A stretch of 64,000 bases of DNA from Candidatus Eiseniibacteriota bacterium (GTDB lineage: Bacteria > Eisenbacteria > RBG-16-71-46), in assembly GCA_041483195.1 (NCBI GenBank), contig JBGPFC010000006.1:32001-96000 (forward strand), read 5' to 3'. This document shows, piece after piece, positions 10,629 to 20,812 of the stretch. Position 1 is the first letter of the stretch, and each line of letters opens with the position of its first letter. The translations under genes and the position numbers were made by a program. The notes under the pieces were generated by a model. That model was given only the letters and a program-made list of their open reading frames with translations. It did no database searches and was not told where the DNA came from.

Positions 10629-11663
10629 ATGGTCGGGGCCATGCAGGGGCCGCGCCCTTCGCATGCCGACGACTCAGCGTTCCGCGCGAGCGGGATCGCA
10701 ACGTCGCGCCCCGACCTCTCGAACCTGGACCGGAGATTGAGCAAGGACATCGACGTGGCCGCGGTGATGATCGCCTGGAACAGCATGGACTGGCTGCCGG
10801 GTGCGCTCGAGTCGCTCGAGCAGCAGAACCATCCTCTGGCATCGATCACGATCGTGGACAACGCCTCCACCGATGGAGTGGCCGAATTCGTGGCGAGCCG
10901 GCACCCACGGGCGACGGTGCTCCGCAATCAGGAGAATCTCGGGTTCGCGGCCGCGGTCAACCAGGGCATTCGCGCCAGCACCGCGGAGTGGGTGCTGGTG
11001 CTGAACCCTGACCTGACGCTGGAGCGCGACCACGTTTCGCAGTTGCTGCTGGCGGCGACGGAGCGCCCGGACGCGGGGATGCTCGGCGGATTGCTCCGCC
11101 GACCCGACGGACAGGTGGACTCCGCCGGCCTCGAACTGCACCGCTACCTGCTGCGGCCGCTCGACCGCACGGTTTCACCCGCGAGGGCCGGTTCACAGCC
11201 GGAGGTCGTCTTCGGAATCTGCGCGGCCGCGGCGCTCTATCGTCGCGCCATGCTCGAGGACACCGCGTATCACGGTGAGTACTTCGACACCGCGTTCTTC
11301 GCCTATTACGAGGACGTCGATCTCGCGTGGCGCGCGTGCCACCGGGGCTGGAAGGCGTACTTCGTGCCGTCGGCGCGAGGCATGCACGTGCGGGGAGCCT
11401 CCGAGGGCGAGCGCTCTCACGCGGGGCAAGTCCGTTCCCAGCGCAACCGCTACCTGGCGCTCTACAAGAATCTGCCCGCGCGCCGCCTTCTCTTGGATCT
11501 GTTGCCGATTCTCGGTATCGAGGCCGCGCGCATGGTTCGCCACGCAGGCACGCAGTCCGCGGGACTGGTGGCAGCGCTGCGCCTCGCACATTCTCGTCAC
11601 GAGTGGCGCGCCCACATCCAGCAGACCGCGAGGCCAGACAGGGAATGGTATCTGAAGGCGTAG
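10629..11663 (+). CDS. Glycosyltransferase family 2 (start uncertain)
   Basis: IVDNASTDG, NLGFAAAVNQG, LVLNPD, FAYYEDVDL. Confidence 0.88.
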   Translation: MVGAMQGPRPSHADDSAFRASGIATSRPDLSNLDRRLSKDIDVAAVMIAWNSMDWLPGALESLEQQNHPLASITIVDNASTDGVAEFVASRHPRATVLRNQENLGFAAAVNQGIRASTAEWVLVLNPDLTLERDHVSQLLLAATERPDAGMLGGLLRRPDGQVDSAGLELHRYLLRPLDRTVSPARAGSQPEVVFGICAAAALYRRAMLEDTAYHGEYFDTAFFAYYEDVDLAWRACHRGWKAYFVPSARGMHVRGASEGERSHAGQVRSQRNRYLALYKNLPARRLLLDLLPILGIEAARMVRHAGTQSAGLVAALRLAHSRHEWRAHIQQTARPDREWYLKA

Positions 11664-12517
11664 AGATCGCTGCCGTGGTCGTGCACTGGAACTCGCTGGG
11701 CAGCCTGCCCGCCTGTCTGGGCGCGCTGTACGGGACCCCCGGCATCCACTCGGTGGTCGTGGACAACGCCTCACCCGACGGCGGCCGCACCGAAGTCGAG
11801 CGTCAATTCCCCGGCATCCGGTGGCTCGCGATGGAGCGCAACATGGGCTTCGGCGCGGGCGTCAACGCCGGCGCGCGGGCGGTGGGAAGCCGCTGGGTGC
11901 TCGCACTCAACCCGGATGTCGTGGTGGAAGGCGCGACCCTCAAGGCGATGGCCGCGTGGGGGGAAACGAATGACGCAGCCGCCGTGGGGCCGCTCCTGCG
12001 TCGATCGGACGGTCGCCTCGAGCGATCGTGGGAAACGCGAGACTCGGCACTCGCCGATTTCGAGCGCATTCTCTCGTACCGCATGCATCGCGCGCCCCGC
12101 GCGCCACGGCGGCCGGTCGAGGTGGCGTGGTCCACCGGCGCGTGCCTGCTCGTGCGCAGAGACGCGTTCGACGCGGTACGCGGTTTCGACGAGGCCTTCT
12201 TCCTTTACTTCGAGGACACCGACCTGTGCCGCCGCCTGCGTGCGCGCGGTGGCCGGGTGTTCGTTCATCCGGGATTCGCGGCGCGGCACGAGCGTGGGGC
12301 CTCGGCGCGCGGGCGCGAGGTCTACGCGCAGGCCGCGTACCGTAGCAGCGAATTGCGCTACTTCGCGCGCTACCGCCCGGCCTGGGAACTCGCTCTCGCG
12401 CGCCGCAGGGCCGCAACTCAGGCGGCCCACTGGGAGGAACCGGGACGCGGAGTCGCGGATCACGAGGCGGCCAGCATCTTGCGCGCGGCGCTGTCGGAGG
12501 TTGAGCGACGTCCCTGA
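11645..12517 (+). CDS. Glycosyltransferase family 2 (WbbL-like)
   Basis: VVVHWN, VVVDNASPDG, NMGFGAGVN, LNPD, GACLL, GFDE.FFLYFEDTDLC; ATG 11645 overlaps the end of the upstream gene. Confidence 0.88.
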   Translation: MVSEGVEIAAVVVHWNSLGSLPACLGALYGTPGIHSVVVDNASPDGGRTEVERQFPGIRWLAMERNMGFGAGVNAGARAVGSRWVLALNPDVVVEGATLKAMAAWGETNDAAAVGPLLRRSDGRLERSWETRDSALADFERILSYRMHRAPRAPRRPVEVAWSTGACLLVRRDAFDAVRGFDEAFFLYFEDTDLCRRLRARGGRVFVHPGFAARHERGASARGREVYAQAAYRSSELRYFARYRPAWELALARRRAATQAAHWEEPGRGVADHEAASILRAALSEVERRP

Positions 12518-12574
12518 GATCGCCCCGCGGACGCTGCCACGGCGCCGAATCGCGCACGGTCCGAGCCTCATGAG

Positions 12575-12603
12575 TTGCCGCGTCTGGCCCTTCCCGATAG
12601 TGT
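12575..12603 (+). promoter_or_regulatory. sigma70-type promoter, near-leaderless
   Basis: TTGCCG-17 bp-TAGTGT, 9 nt before ATG 12613. Confidence 0.5.
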
Positions 12604-12612
12604 CAGCATCCC

Positions 12613-13998
12613 ATGCAGTCTTCTCCCCCGCTGCCTGCCCGCCGGTCCGCCTGGTCGCGGCTCGAGATCGTGGCCCCCGCTCTTGCCGTGTCGGTCCTGT
12701 TGCTGCTCATCGGCATGGGCTGGGTCATGCATCCGCTCGTGCTGCTCGTCCTGGGCCCGCTGCTGCTCGTGGCCTGCGCGTTCGTGCTCCGCACGTCCCC
12801 GATTCTGCTCTACTGGCTGGTTCCGGCGAGTATGGTCCTGGACTTCAAACGCGCCGTTCAAGCCTACGACATCCTGGTCCTCCTCCTCGCAAGCGCCACT
12901 CTACTCGCCGCGTACTCGAAGACGCGGCTGGCGGACGTTCGTCTGCAGCCGATCGAGTGGCGCGCCCTGCTCCTCATGGCGATCTTCTTCACCGCGTTTC
13001 TGGGTCCGGTCGACGCGACGCGATTCCAGCACGCGCTCAAGCTCTACTCGATGGGCTTTCTGGCATTCGAGACCGCACGCTGGGCGGTACCGCGCTTGGG
13101 GCGGGCGGGTCTCGCCTGGGGCCCCGCGATCTTCTGCGGCATCACATCGCTCGAACTCTTCGGTCGCCTGCGCGCCAGCGGCATTCCTTCGTTCAAGAGC
13201 GTCGTGCTTCGCACCTACATCACGGATCTGTCCTGGGGAAGTTCGAACTACGTCGCCGCGGCGCTCGTGGTTTGCCTGCCGGTGCTGATGTTCCTGCTGC
13301 GAAGTCTGCCCCGCGGCAGCACCCGGCGCTGGTTGGTGACCGCGGTCGTGGCCGGCACGCTGGGCTCCCTGCTGATCACTTCATCACGGGGCGGGTTCGT
13401 GCTCGCGGCCGGCTACTTCTTGCTTGAAGGTGTCCGGGTGCGACGCGCCGGTTGGATCGGCATCGCGGGGGCAATCGCGGCAGTCTTGGTGCTCGCCCTG
13501 AGCCCGCTCGGGCAGGGGTTGGTCGCGCGTTTCACCAACGAGCAGAGCTCGGCCAGCGTCCTCGCCCGAATCGCAATTTGGGCGAATGCCTTCGAACGCG
13601 GAATGGAACACCTGCCGTTCGGAGTTGGGGCGGGCCAGGGAATCCTTCAGCAGGACCGACTCGCGCTGATCGACCCCCACAACTTCATGCTCACGCTATT
13701 CTCCGAGACCGGCCCGCTCGGGCTCATGGCGTGGCTGTGGATCCTGGCCGCCCTGTGGAGCGCCGCGCGACGTCTCCGCAAGCAGCCTTCCACGCGGCTC
13801 GCCGGGAATTCATTGCGCGCGACGTTCCTCGTGGCGATCCTGAACTCGCTCTTCGAGCCCACGTTCCCCGGTTACCTCTATGTGGTGTTGTTCTGGTGGA
13901 TCGCCGGATCGTTGCACGGCGTGGGGCCGCCTGCGGACCTCCCGCACCGCGCGGCGCGGGCCGCAACGGCGTCCGAAATGGTGCCCGCGCGACCCTGA
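12613..13998 (+). CDS. O-antigen ligase/polymerase (Wzy_C) family membrane protein
   Basis: Many TM segments; TSSRGG, R..IW..A, P.GVG.G, DPHN.......SETG..G. Confidence 0.85.
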   Translation: MQSSPPLPARRSAWSRLEIVAPALAVSVLLLLIGMGWVMHPLVLLVLGPLLLVACAFVLRTSPILLYWLVPASMVLDFKRAVQAYDILVLLLASATLLAAYSKTRLADVRLQPIEWRALLLMAIFFTAFLGPVDATRFQHALKLYSMGFLAFETARWAVPRLGRAGLAWGPAIFCGITSLELFGRLRASGIPSFKSVVLRTYITDLSWGSSNYVAAALVVCLPVLMFLLRSLPRGSTRRWLVTAVVAGTLGSLLITSSRGGFVLAAGYFLLEGVRVRRAGWIGIAGAIAAVLVLALSPLGQGLVARFTNEQSSASVLARIAIWANAFERGMEHLPFGVGAGQGILQQDRLALIDPHNFMLTLFSETGPLGLMAWLWILAALWSAARRLRKQPSTRLAGNSLRATFLVAILNSLFEPTFPGYLYVVLFWWIAGSLHGVGPPADLPHRAARAATASEMVPARP

Positions 13999-14005
13999 TC
14001 GATTC

Positions 14006-15082
14006 CTAGGCCGCGGTCCGCCTGGTCAGCTCCCGCAGCGCGGCCGGCCGTTCGCTCCAGAGCACGCTCACGAGGCCCGCGAGCGCCGCGGCGGCGGCCG
14101 CCCACGGCAACCGAAGCGGCCGTGCGCGACGTTCGGCGGGCACCGCGGGATCGAGCACCGTCACCGTGGGGGTGTCCATAGTCTCGCGCAGGCGAGCGTC
14201 CTCGAGCTGCGCGTTGAGCAGGAGATAGACCTGCTGGTAAAGGCGTACATCGCGCGCTTGCCGCCCCAGCTCGGTTTCGAGGCCAGGCATGTTGCCGATC
14301 TGGTTCTTCAGCTGCTCGAGCTCGGTGCGGGTTTGAACCACGAGCTCGTTCGTCGGAGTCAGGTAGGATCGCAGCACCTCGAGTTGCACCTCGAGCGCGA
14401 TCTTGCGGGCCATGAGGTCGGCCAGCGGCTTGAGGCTCTGAGCATCCGGGTCGAGCGGCACCAGCATATGGTGCTTTTCCTGGTACGCGCCCAATTGCGA
14501 CTCGGCCAAGCGGGACAACGAGTCGGTCTCGGCAACCCGCCGCTCGAGAAAGATGCGGGTGCGCTTCGCCTGAAAGTTGCGGCGCTCGACGTTGAATCGG
14601 TCGAGTTCCTCGACCAGCGCGTTCGCCACCTGCGCGGCGCGCTCGCGCGAGCGGTCCTCCACCGAAACCGAAATCGTTCCGTCGGGCGCAAGCACCGTCC
14701 GGGTGTGGTTTCGGAACTCCTTGAGCGTCTTCTCCATCGAGTTCGTGTGGTAGACACCCGTCAGGTCGAAGCGGCGGATGACGGCTTCCTGCACGCTCCG
14801 GCTCATGAGGATCGCCCGATAAAGGTCGGCCGGCGTGTAGTAGTTCGAGAGTCCACCGAGCGAAGGCATGCGCGAGAGGAAGCGCTGCACCGACAGGCCC
14901 GTACCCATCTGCTCCGTCTCTTCGGGCGGCAACAGCACGGCGGCCGATCGGTACCATGGGGGCATGATGAAGGTCACCCCGTAGATCACGGAACCGGCAA
15001 GCAGCGCGTTGAGTGCGTGCCTGCGCCAGCGCGCGGCCAGGCGGCGGATCAGTCCATCGAAGTCGAGTGCGAACTCGCCCAT
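14006..15082 (-). CDS. Polysaccharide chain-length determinant / co-polymerase (Wzz/GumC-like)
   Basis: N-terminal TM then P.Y.S.A..LP, coiled-coil middle, VLDPAVPAE...P before a C-terminal TM. Confidence 0.85.
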   Translation of the reverse strand: MGEFALDFDGLIRRLAARWRRHALNALLAGSVIYGVTFIMPPWYRSAAVLLPPEETEQMGTGLSVQRFLSRMPSLGGLSNYYTPADLYRAILMSRSVQEAVIRRFDLTGVYHTNSMEKTLKEFRNHTRTVLAPDGTISVSVEDRSRERAAQVANALVEELDRFNVERRNFQAKRTRIFLERRVAETDSLSRLAESQLGAYQEKHHMLVPLDPDAQSLKPLADLMARKIALEVQLEVLRSYLTPTNELVVQTRTELEQLKNQIGNMPGLETELGRQARDVRLYQQVYLLLNAQLEDARLRETMDTPTVTVLDPAVPAERRARPLRLPWAAAAAALAGLVSVLWSERPAALRELTRRTAA

Positions 15083-15119
15083 GTACTCCTCTCATCCGGG
15101 AGATGCAAGCGGGCCGGTC

Positions 15120-15148
15120 AGGTTAGGGGTTTGGTGCCAAAGGGTCAA
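15120..15148 (-). promoter_or_regulatory. sigma70-type promoter for the Wzz-like gene
   Basis: TTGACC-17 bp-TAACCT; the -35 overlaps the upstream TGA stop. Confidence 0.65.
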
Positions 15149-16239
15149 TGCGCGACCGGGTCATCAGCGTGCGCGATGCCGAGCGGCGCTTCGATCGCGC
15201 CAGTCAGCACCATGTCCATTTTCCCCACGACCTGGTCCCATTGGTGCACCGACGCCGCCACGAGCCCGGCCGCCGCGAGACGCTCGCGCAACGGCTGGTC
15301 CAACAGCATTCGCGCGAGCGCGTCCCCCAGTGCCACCGGATCCTGCTGCGGCGCGGTGAGCGCGGTCACGTCACCCTGCACGTGGTCGTTCGGGGTCGTC
15401 ACCACCGCCGTACCGCAGGCGATCGCCTCGAGCGGCGGATAAGGTGCTCCGCCCCAATACACCGCCGCGATCAGCACATCGAGGCTCCGGTACCAGTCGG
15501 TCAGCTCGCGATCGTTAGCGGGCGCGACGTCGATGCGCGGGTCGCTCTCGTACCCCAGGGGGACGTTGCCGAACGCGACCGAAAAGTCGAGCGCGATGCC
15601 GCGCGCGCGCACCTGCCGCACCGCCTCGAAGCAGTCCGCCGTCCCCTTCCATGGTCCGAAGCGGCCAATCGTCCCGACCCGCGGCCGCCCCCCGGGAGGA
15701 CGCCGGCCGCGGGCGTGGTAAAGCGCGGGATCGAGACCGGGCGGCACGATCGGCACGCGCCCCGCCGCCGCGCCATGCACCGCGCGCGCCACCGTCGGAG
15801 CGTTCGCGATGTGGAAGAGCGGATAGTGGTAAGTCCGCTTCGCCCGCCAGTGGTAGACGATGCGCTGGGGCGTGTGCGGGTAGAAGTCGGGTTCGTAGGC
15901 CTGGATGTAGTAGAACTTTCGTGCGCGCACGCGTGCCCGGTGCACGGGCAGTGCGGTCATGTTGTGGTTCGCGAGCACGACATCGGCTTCGGGGAAGCGC
16001 TCGATCCCGGCTCGCAGGCGGCGCTGCTTGGGCAAGTCTAGGATCAGGTTGCGCCCCCACGGCAACGGCCCGAGCTTGACGATTTCGGCGCTGGTCGGGA
16101 ACGCCGGTTCGGACTCCTCGTCGAAGGCGAGAAACACGACGCGATGCCCTCGCCGCCTGAGCCCGCTCGCGATCTCGCACAGCACCCGCACGCCGCCGTG
16201 TTTCCCAGCGAGCGTCCATGCGGGGATCACGATGAACAT
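15145..16239 (-). CDS. Glycosyltransferase family 4 (WsaF-like)
   Basis: GGVRV, FYYIQAYEP.FY, KG, YPPLEAIACGTAVV. Confidence 0.82.
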   Translation of the reverse strand: MFIVIPAWTLAGKHGGVRVLCEIASGLRRRGHRVVFLAFDEESEPAFPTSAEIVKLGPLPWGRNLILDLPKQRRLRAGIERFPEADVVLANHNMTALPVHRARVRARKFYYIQAYEPDFYPHTPQRIVYHWRAKRTYHYPLFHIANAPTVARAVHGAAAGRVPIVPPGLDPALYHARGRRPPGGRPRVGTIGRFGPWKGTADCFEAVRQVRARGIALDFSVAFGNVPLGYESDPRIDVAPANDRELTDWYRSLDVLIAAVYWGGAPYPPLEAIACGTAVVTTPNDHVQGDVTALTAPQQDPVALGDALARMLLDQPLRERLAAAGLVAASVHQWDQVVGKMDMVLTGAIEAPLGIAHADDPVAH

Positions 16240-16286
16240 GCGTCCCTACTGCCGCGGAACGAGCAGGGCCCCCGCCTCCCCGCGCG

Positions 16287-17870
16287 TCACTTCCGCACCA
16301 CGAAATAAATCGTCGCGACTTGCGAGGCCGCCGCAAGCAGAACGCCCAGCTCCTGCCACACCGACCGATCGGGTCGCTCGGGCACCCAGATCAGGTCGCC
16401 CGGCGCGAGTGCCGGCACGTCGCGGGCACGCAGGGTCTGACCGGTGACCGCGCGGGTCACCAGCACCCTGCCGGGCGCAGCCCGCTGCCCATAGCCACCG
16501 GCGAGCCGAACGTAGCTGTTCACTGAGCGCCGGGGGTCGTATGCGACGATGCCGGGCCTCCTCACCTCCCCGTCCACGCGCACCGAGGAGAGAATCTGTT
16601 CGACGCGTACGACGTCCCCGCCGAGCATGAGGAGATCCAGTTCGGGAGACTCCTGCACACGCCGCCAGTCGATGCGGAAGTCCTCGTGGCGTGCGGAGAG
16701 CCGGGTCTGCAGCTTCGCGTATTCGGCATCGCTCATCTCGCCGCGAGAGAGCCTGAGCAGGCGATCGAGTTCGGGGTCGGACTCGTGCCCTGCAAGGCTG
16801 GGACGATAGACGCGAATCGCGGACAGATCGGCCCGGGGGAGAAACCCGCCCGCCGCGCTCACCAGATCCGAGAGCCGGGTCTTCCCGCTCACCAGCGGAT
16901 AGGTTCCCGGGCGCGCCAACTCCCCGATGGCCGTGGCCTGCTCGAGCGCGTGGAAGCGTGGCGTGTAATAGACGTAAACGTGGTCGCCGTCGAACAGCGG
17001 CGGGTTGAACTCACCTCGAGCGAACTGCGTGAGCGAGAAGTACAGCGACTCCGCTTCGGTGCTGCTCTTCCAGCGCACGAGCAGGCAGCCCTCAGCCCGC
17101 GCCGAGGGCAGGGGCCCTCCGGCAAGCTCGAACAACGTGCTCAGGCTGTCGGCCGGGCCGAGTTCGGTCCCACCTCCACGCCCCACCGCGCCCGCGATTT
17201 CGATGTGCGTGATCGCCACCGGCACGGTCACGATGTCACCGTCCCGCAAGGGCGGATTGAATACGTTGTTCCCGGTCCGGTTCCAGCGCTCGAGGTCGGC
17301 GACCATGTGCTCGCCCCCCCGCCGCGTGATCCGGATGTTGCGGCGTGAGGCACTCGGCTTCAGCACCGCGTCGGGCAGCACCTCGCTCACCCGACTCACC
17401 GCGGGCACATCGGCTGCCCCCGGCTGCGCGACCTCGCCCGTCAGAAACACGCGCATCGTACGCACCCGCGCGAGGCGCAGGTCGAGGTCGACACCGTGGA
17501 ATTGGGTCGCGAGCCGGCGCGCGAGTTCACGCCGCGCCTCGGTCAGGGTAAGTCCGTCGAGTGACACCGCCCCCGCGCCCGGCACGAACATCATGCCTTC
17601 GGGCCCCACCGTGAGCCACAGCGTGCGGGTGACGCTCCCCGAGAAATTGAGCTGGAAGACATCGCCAGGGCCTACGATGTATCGGTCGGGATCCACGGCG
17701 CCGGGCAACACCGACGGAAACTGTGTGTCCGGTGTCACGACGCGGGTGGGCGCGCTCTCCGACGGACTCAGCGGATCGGCCGGGGCCATCCCCATCTGCG
17801 CGCGCGCGGTCCCGGCGGCTGGCGCGATGAACATGACGAGCGCCGCGAGCCGAGCCACGCCGCCCCTCAC
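16287..17870 (-). CDS. Polysaccharide export protein with SLBB repeats (Wza/KpsD-like)
   Basis: Signal peptide; YIVGPGD, V..EG....P..G, repeated GEV..PG and AGG SLBB units, C-terminal amphipathic helix; GTGA overlap with the rfbB stop. Confidence 0.85.
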   Translation of the reverse strand: MRGGVARLAALVMFIAPAAGTARAQMGMAPADPLSPSESAPTRVVTPDTQFPSVLPGAVDPDRYIVGPGDVFQLNFSGSVTRTLWLTVGPEGMMFVPGAGAVSLDGLTLTEARRELARRLATQFHGVDLDLRLARVRTMRVFLTGEVAQPGAADVPAVSRVSEVLPDAVLKPSASRRNIRITRRGGEHMVADLERWNRTGNNVFNPPLRDGDIVTVPVAITHIEIAGAVGRGGGTELGPADSLSTLFELAGGPLPSARAEGCLLVRWKSSTEAESLYFSLTQFARGEFNPPLFDGDHVYVYYTPRFHALEQATAIGELARPGTYPLVSGKTRLSDLVSAAGGFLPRADLSAIRVYRPSLAGHESDPELDRLLRLSRGEMSDAEYAKLQTRLSARHEDFRIDWRRVQESPELDLLMLGGDVVRVEQILSSVRVDGEVRRPGIVAYDPRRSVNSYVRLAGGYGQRAAPGRVLVTRAVTGQTLRARDVPALAPGDLIWVPERPDRSVWQELGVLLAAASQVATIYFVVRK

Positions 17871-18937
17871 GCCCGCACCTCCTTCAGCAGCTTCCGCTGT
17901 CCGTACATGCGCTCGTAGTAGGCGCGGAACTCGCCCTGCTTGATCGGGCGCCACCACGATTCGTTCGCCGTGAACCAATCCACCGTCTGTCGGATGCCGT
18001 CTTCGAACGCGATCGCGGGCTTCCAGCCGGTGAGCCGCGTGAGCTTGCCCGGATCCACCGCGTAGCGTCGGTCGTGCCCTAAGCGGTCCTCGACGTGGCG
18101 GATCAGCGTCGCGGGCTTGCCGAGCAACTTCAGGATGGTGCCGGTGATGGTGAGCACGTCCAGCTCGTGCCCGGCGCCGATGTTGAAGGTCTCGCCTTCG
18201 ATGCCCTCGCGCTGGAGCAGCTCGATGAGGGCCGAGCAATGGTCGTCCACGTGGAGCCAGTCGCGGCGATTGAGTCCGGTGCCGTACACGGGGAGCGGCT
18301 CGCCGTCGATCGCGTTGGTCACGAACAGCGGAACCAGCTTCTCGGGATACTGGCGGGGCCCGTAGTTGTTCGAGCAGCGCGTGACCACGACCGGCAGGCC
18401 GTAGGTGGCGAAGTACGCGTAAGCGAGCCGGTCGCCGCCCGCCTTGCTGGCGGCGTATGGGCTCCGCGGCATGAGCGGCCAGCTCTCGTCGGCGTGGCCC
18501 TCCATCACCTCGCCGTAGACTTCGTCGGTCGAGACCTGGATGAACCGTTTCACGTTCTGCCGCCGCGCCTCCTCGGCCAGCACGAACACGCCGTAGACAT
18601 CGGTCTGGATGAAATCGCCGGGGGTCTCGATCGAGCGATCCACGTGCGACTCCGCCGCGAAGTTGAGCACCAGGTCGCACCCCGCCATGGCGCGCGCGAC
18701 GTGCTCGGGGTTGCGGATGTCGCCGTGCACGAAGGTGAGCGAGCGCTCGGGCACGCCGCTCAGGTTTTCGCGCCGGCCCGCGTAGGTGAGTGCGTCCAGC
18801 ACCACGACATGGCACGACGGAAATCGCCCGAGCAGCCAGTGGACGAAATTGGAGCCGATGAAGCCAGCGCCGCCGGTCACCAGCACGCGGCTCGAATCGA
18901 GCCGCAGTCGCTCAGCCGTCCTTGACGGCTCAGCCAT
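17867..18937 (-). CDS. rfbB: dTDP-glucose 4,6-dehydratase
   Basis: TGGAGFIGSNF, DALTYAG, NFAAESHVDRSI, STDEVYG, PYAASKA, CSNNYGP.QYPEK, GHDRRY. Confidence 0.95.
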   Translation of the reverse strand: MAEPSRTAERLRLDSSRVLVTGGAGFIGSNFVHWLLGRFPSCHVVVLDALTYAGRRENLSGVPERSLTFVHGDIRNPEHVARAMAGCDLVLNFAAESHVDRSIETPGDFIQTDVYGVFVLAEEARRQNVKRFIQVSTDEVYGEVMEGHADESWPLMPRSPYAASKAGGDRLAYAYFATYGLPVVVTRCSNNYGPRQYPEKLVPLFVTNAIDGEPLPVYGTGLNRRDWLHVDDHCSALIELLQREGIEGETFNIGAGHELDVLTITGTILKLLGKPATLIRHVEDRLGHDRRYAVDPGKLTRLTGWKPAIAFEDGIRQTVDWFTANESWWRPIKQGEFRAYYERMYGQRKLLKEVRA

Positions 18938-19385
18938 CCTTGCGGCTCCAGTCGTACGGGACCTCGGGGCTGTGCGGCGGCACGCGGAACTCGTCGGGGT
19001 CGTCGTAGGTGTAGTGCTCGCTCGGCGTGTTGACCAGGTAGGCGGGCTCGGTGCCGGCGCCCTTCATGCCGTGCAGCACGAGCGGCGGGATCACGAGCAG
19101 GATCGGATTCTGCTCGCCCATGAAGAACTCGTTGATCTCGCCGCGCGTGCGGCTGCCCTCGCGATCGTCGTAGAGCACGACCTTGGCCATGCCCTTCACG
19201 AACACGAAGTGATCGGTCTGCTTGCGATGGTAGTGCCAGCCTTTCACCACGCCCGGATAGACGACGGAGAGATAGACCTGCCCGAACTTCTGGAAGAACT
19301 CGTCGTCGTCGCGCATCATCTCCATGAGGAATCCGCGCTCGTCCGGGATGAGCTTGAGCCTCTTGATCTTCACGCCATCGATCAT
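18930..19385 (-). CDS. rfbC: dTDP-4-dehydrorhamnose 3,5-epimerase family (cupin)
   Basis: MIDGV, DERGFL.E, VVKGWHYH..QTD, IPP.V.HG; ATGA overlap with the ugd stop. Confidence 0.85.
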   Translation of the reverse strand: MIDGVKIKRLKLIPDERGFLMEMMRDDDEFFQKFGQVYLSVVYPGVVKGWHYHRKQTDHFVFVKGMAKVVLYDDREGSRTRGEINEFFMGEQNPILLVIPPLVLHGMKGAGTEPAYLVNTPSEHYTYDDPDEFRVPPHSPEVPYDWSRKDG

Positions 19386-20734
19386 GTCGCGCTCCCGCGT
19401 CGCGCGGCGCGCGGCGCGGCGGCGCGCCCGCGGCCCACGCCCACGTGTCGCATGCCCGCCGCCTCGACCTCCGCCGGATCGTAGAGATTCCGGAGATCGC
19501 ACAGCACCGGCCGGCGCATCAGGCGCTTGAGCCGGCCCAGGTTCATGTTTCGGAACTCGTTCCACTCGGTGACGATCGCCAGCGCGTCGGCGCCGCGCGC
19601 GGCATCGTACGCGTCGGCCGCCATCGTCACGCCGCGCAGCTGCGGGACGGTTCCCGCCTTCGCGCCGGCCACCGGGTCGAAGGCCGTGATCCGGTAACCG
19701 CGGCGCTTGAGCCCCGCGATGATCGTGAGCGCCGGCGAATCGCGCAGGTCGTCGGTGTTGGGCTTGAACGCGAGCCCCAGCACGCCGATCTTCGCGCCGC
19801 GCCGTCTGCCCACCGCCTGCCCGATCTTCTCGACCATCCGCTGCATCTGCCGCTGGTTGGCCGCGATGGTCGCGTCCACGATGCCGGATTCCACGCCCGC
19901 GGCGCGCGCGAACGCCGAGAGCGCGTGCGTGTCCTTGGGGAAACACGAGCCGCCGTAGCCGGGGCCGGCGTGCAGGAACTTGCTGCCGATGCGCCGATCC
20001 ATCCCGAGCCCCTTCGCGACCGACTGCACGTCGGCCCCGAGCGCCTCGCACAGGTTCGCGATCTCGTTGATGAAGGAGATCTTGGTCGCGAGGAAGCAGT
20101 TCGAGGCGTACTTGATGAGCTCCGCAGTCTCGAGCGAGGTCACCACCATCGGCGTCTCGATCAGGAACAGCGGATCGTGAATCTTGCGCAGGATCGCGGC
20201 CGCCTTCTTCGATTCGGCGCCGATCACCACGCGGTCGGGGCGCATGAAGGTCTCGATGGCCGAGCCCTCGCGCAGGAACTCGGGGTTCGATGCGACGTCG
20301 AATTCCGCACCCCGCGGCGCGTGCGAGCGGATGAAGCGATGGAGATCGCGGGCGGTGCCCACCGGCGCGGTGCTCTTCTGCACCACCAGCTTGTAGCCGT
20401 CGAGGTGCTTCGCGACCGTTTTCGCCACGGCGTAGATGGCGGAGGTGTCCGCGCTGCCGTCGGCGCGCGGAGGCGTACCGACGGTGATGAAGACCACCTT
20501 CGAGCCCTGCAGGGCCTCGGGCAGGTCGCTCGCGAATCGCAGGCGCTGCTCGCTCACGTTGCGACGCACCAGGTCGGCGAGGCCCGGCTCGTAGAACGGG
20601 AGGTCGAGCGCGTTCAGCCGTTCGATCTTGGCGGCGTCGCTGTCCACGCACACGACGCGGTTGCCGAAATCGGCGAGGCAGGCGCCGGTCACGAGGCCTA
20701 CGTAGCCGGTGCCGACCACGGTGATCGAATACAA
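19382..20734 (-). CDS. ugd: UDP-glucose/GDP-mannose dehydrogenase
   Basis: GTGYVGL, KST.PVGT, SNPEFLREGSA, AELIKYASN, GYGGSCFPKD, LGLAFKPNTDD; TTG start with GGAGG. Confidence 0.93.
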   Translation of the reverse strand: MYSITVVGTGYVGLVTGACLADFGNRVVCVDSDAAKIERLNALDLPFYEPGLADLVRRNVSEQRLRFASDLPEALQGSKVVFITVGTPPRADGSADTSAIYAVAKTVAKHLDGYKLVVQKSTAPVGTARDLHRFIRSHAPRGAEFDVASNPEFLREGSAIETFMRPDRVVIGAESKKAAAILRKIHDPLFLIETPMVVTSLETAELIKYASNCFLATKISFINEIANLCEALGADVQSVAKGLGMDRRIGSKFLHAGPGYGGSCFPKDTHALSAFARAAGVESGIVDATIAANQRQMQRMVEKIGQAVGRRRGAKIGVLGLAFKPNTDDLRDSPALTIIAGLKRRGYRITAFDPVAGAKAGTVPQLRGVTMAADAYDAARGADALAIVTEWNEFRNMNLGRLKRLMRRPVLCDLRNLYDPAEVEAAGMRHVGVGRGRAAAPRAARRGSAT

Positions 20735-20812
20735 GCGGGCGATTCCTCCACGTCGGAGCGTACGAGGCCGGAGTGACGCCGCCGGACTCGCAGCAAGCGG
20801 GGCAAGCGAGAC

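Noticed and set aside
15085..15142. TGGCAC...TTGC as a sigma54 promoter before the Wzz-like gene
   Set aside because: GG-GC spacing is wrong; a sigma70 TTGACC-17-TAACCT explains the region
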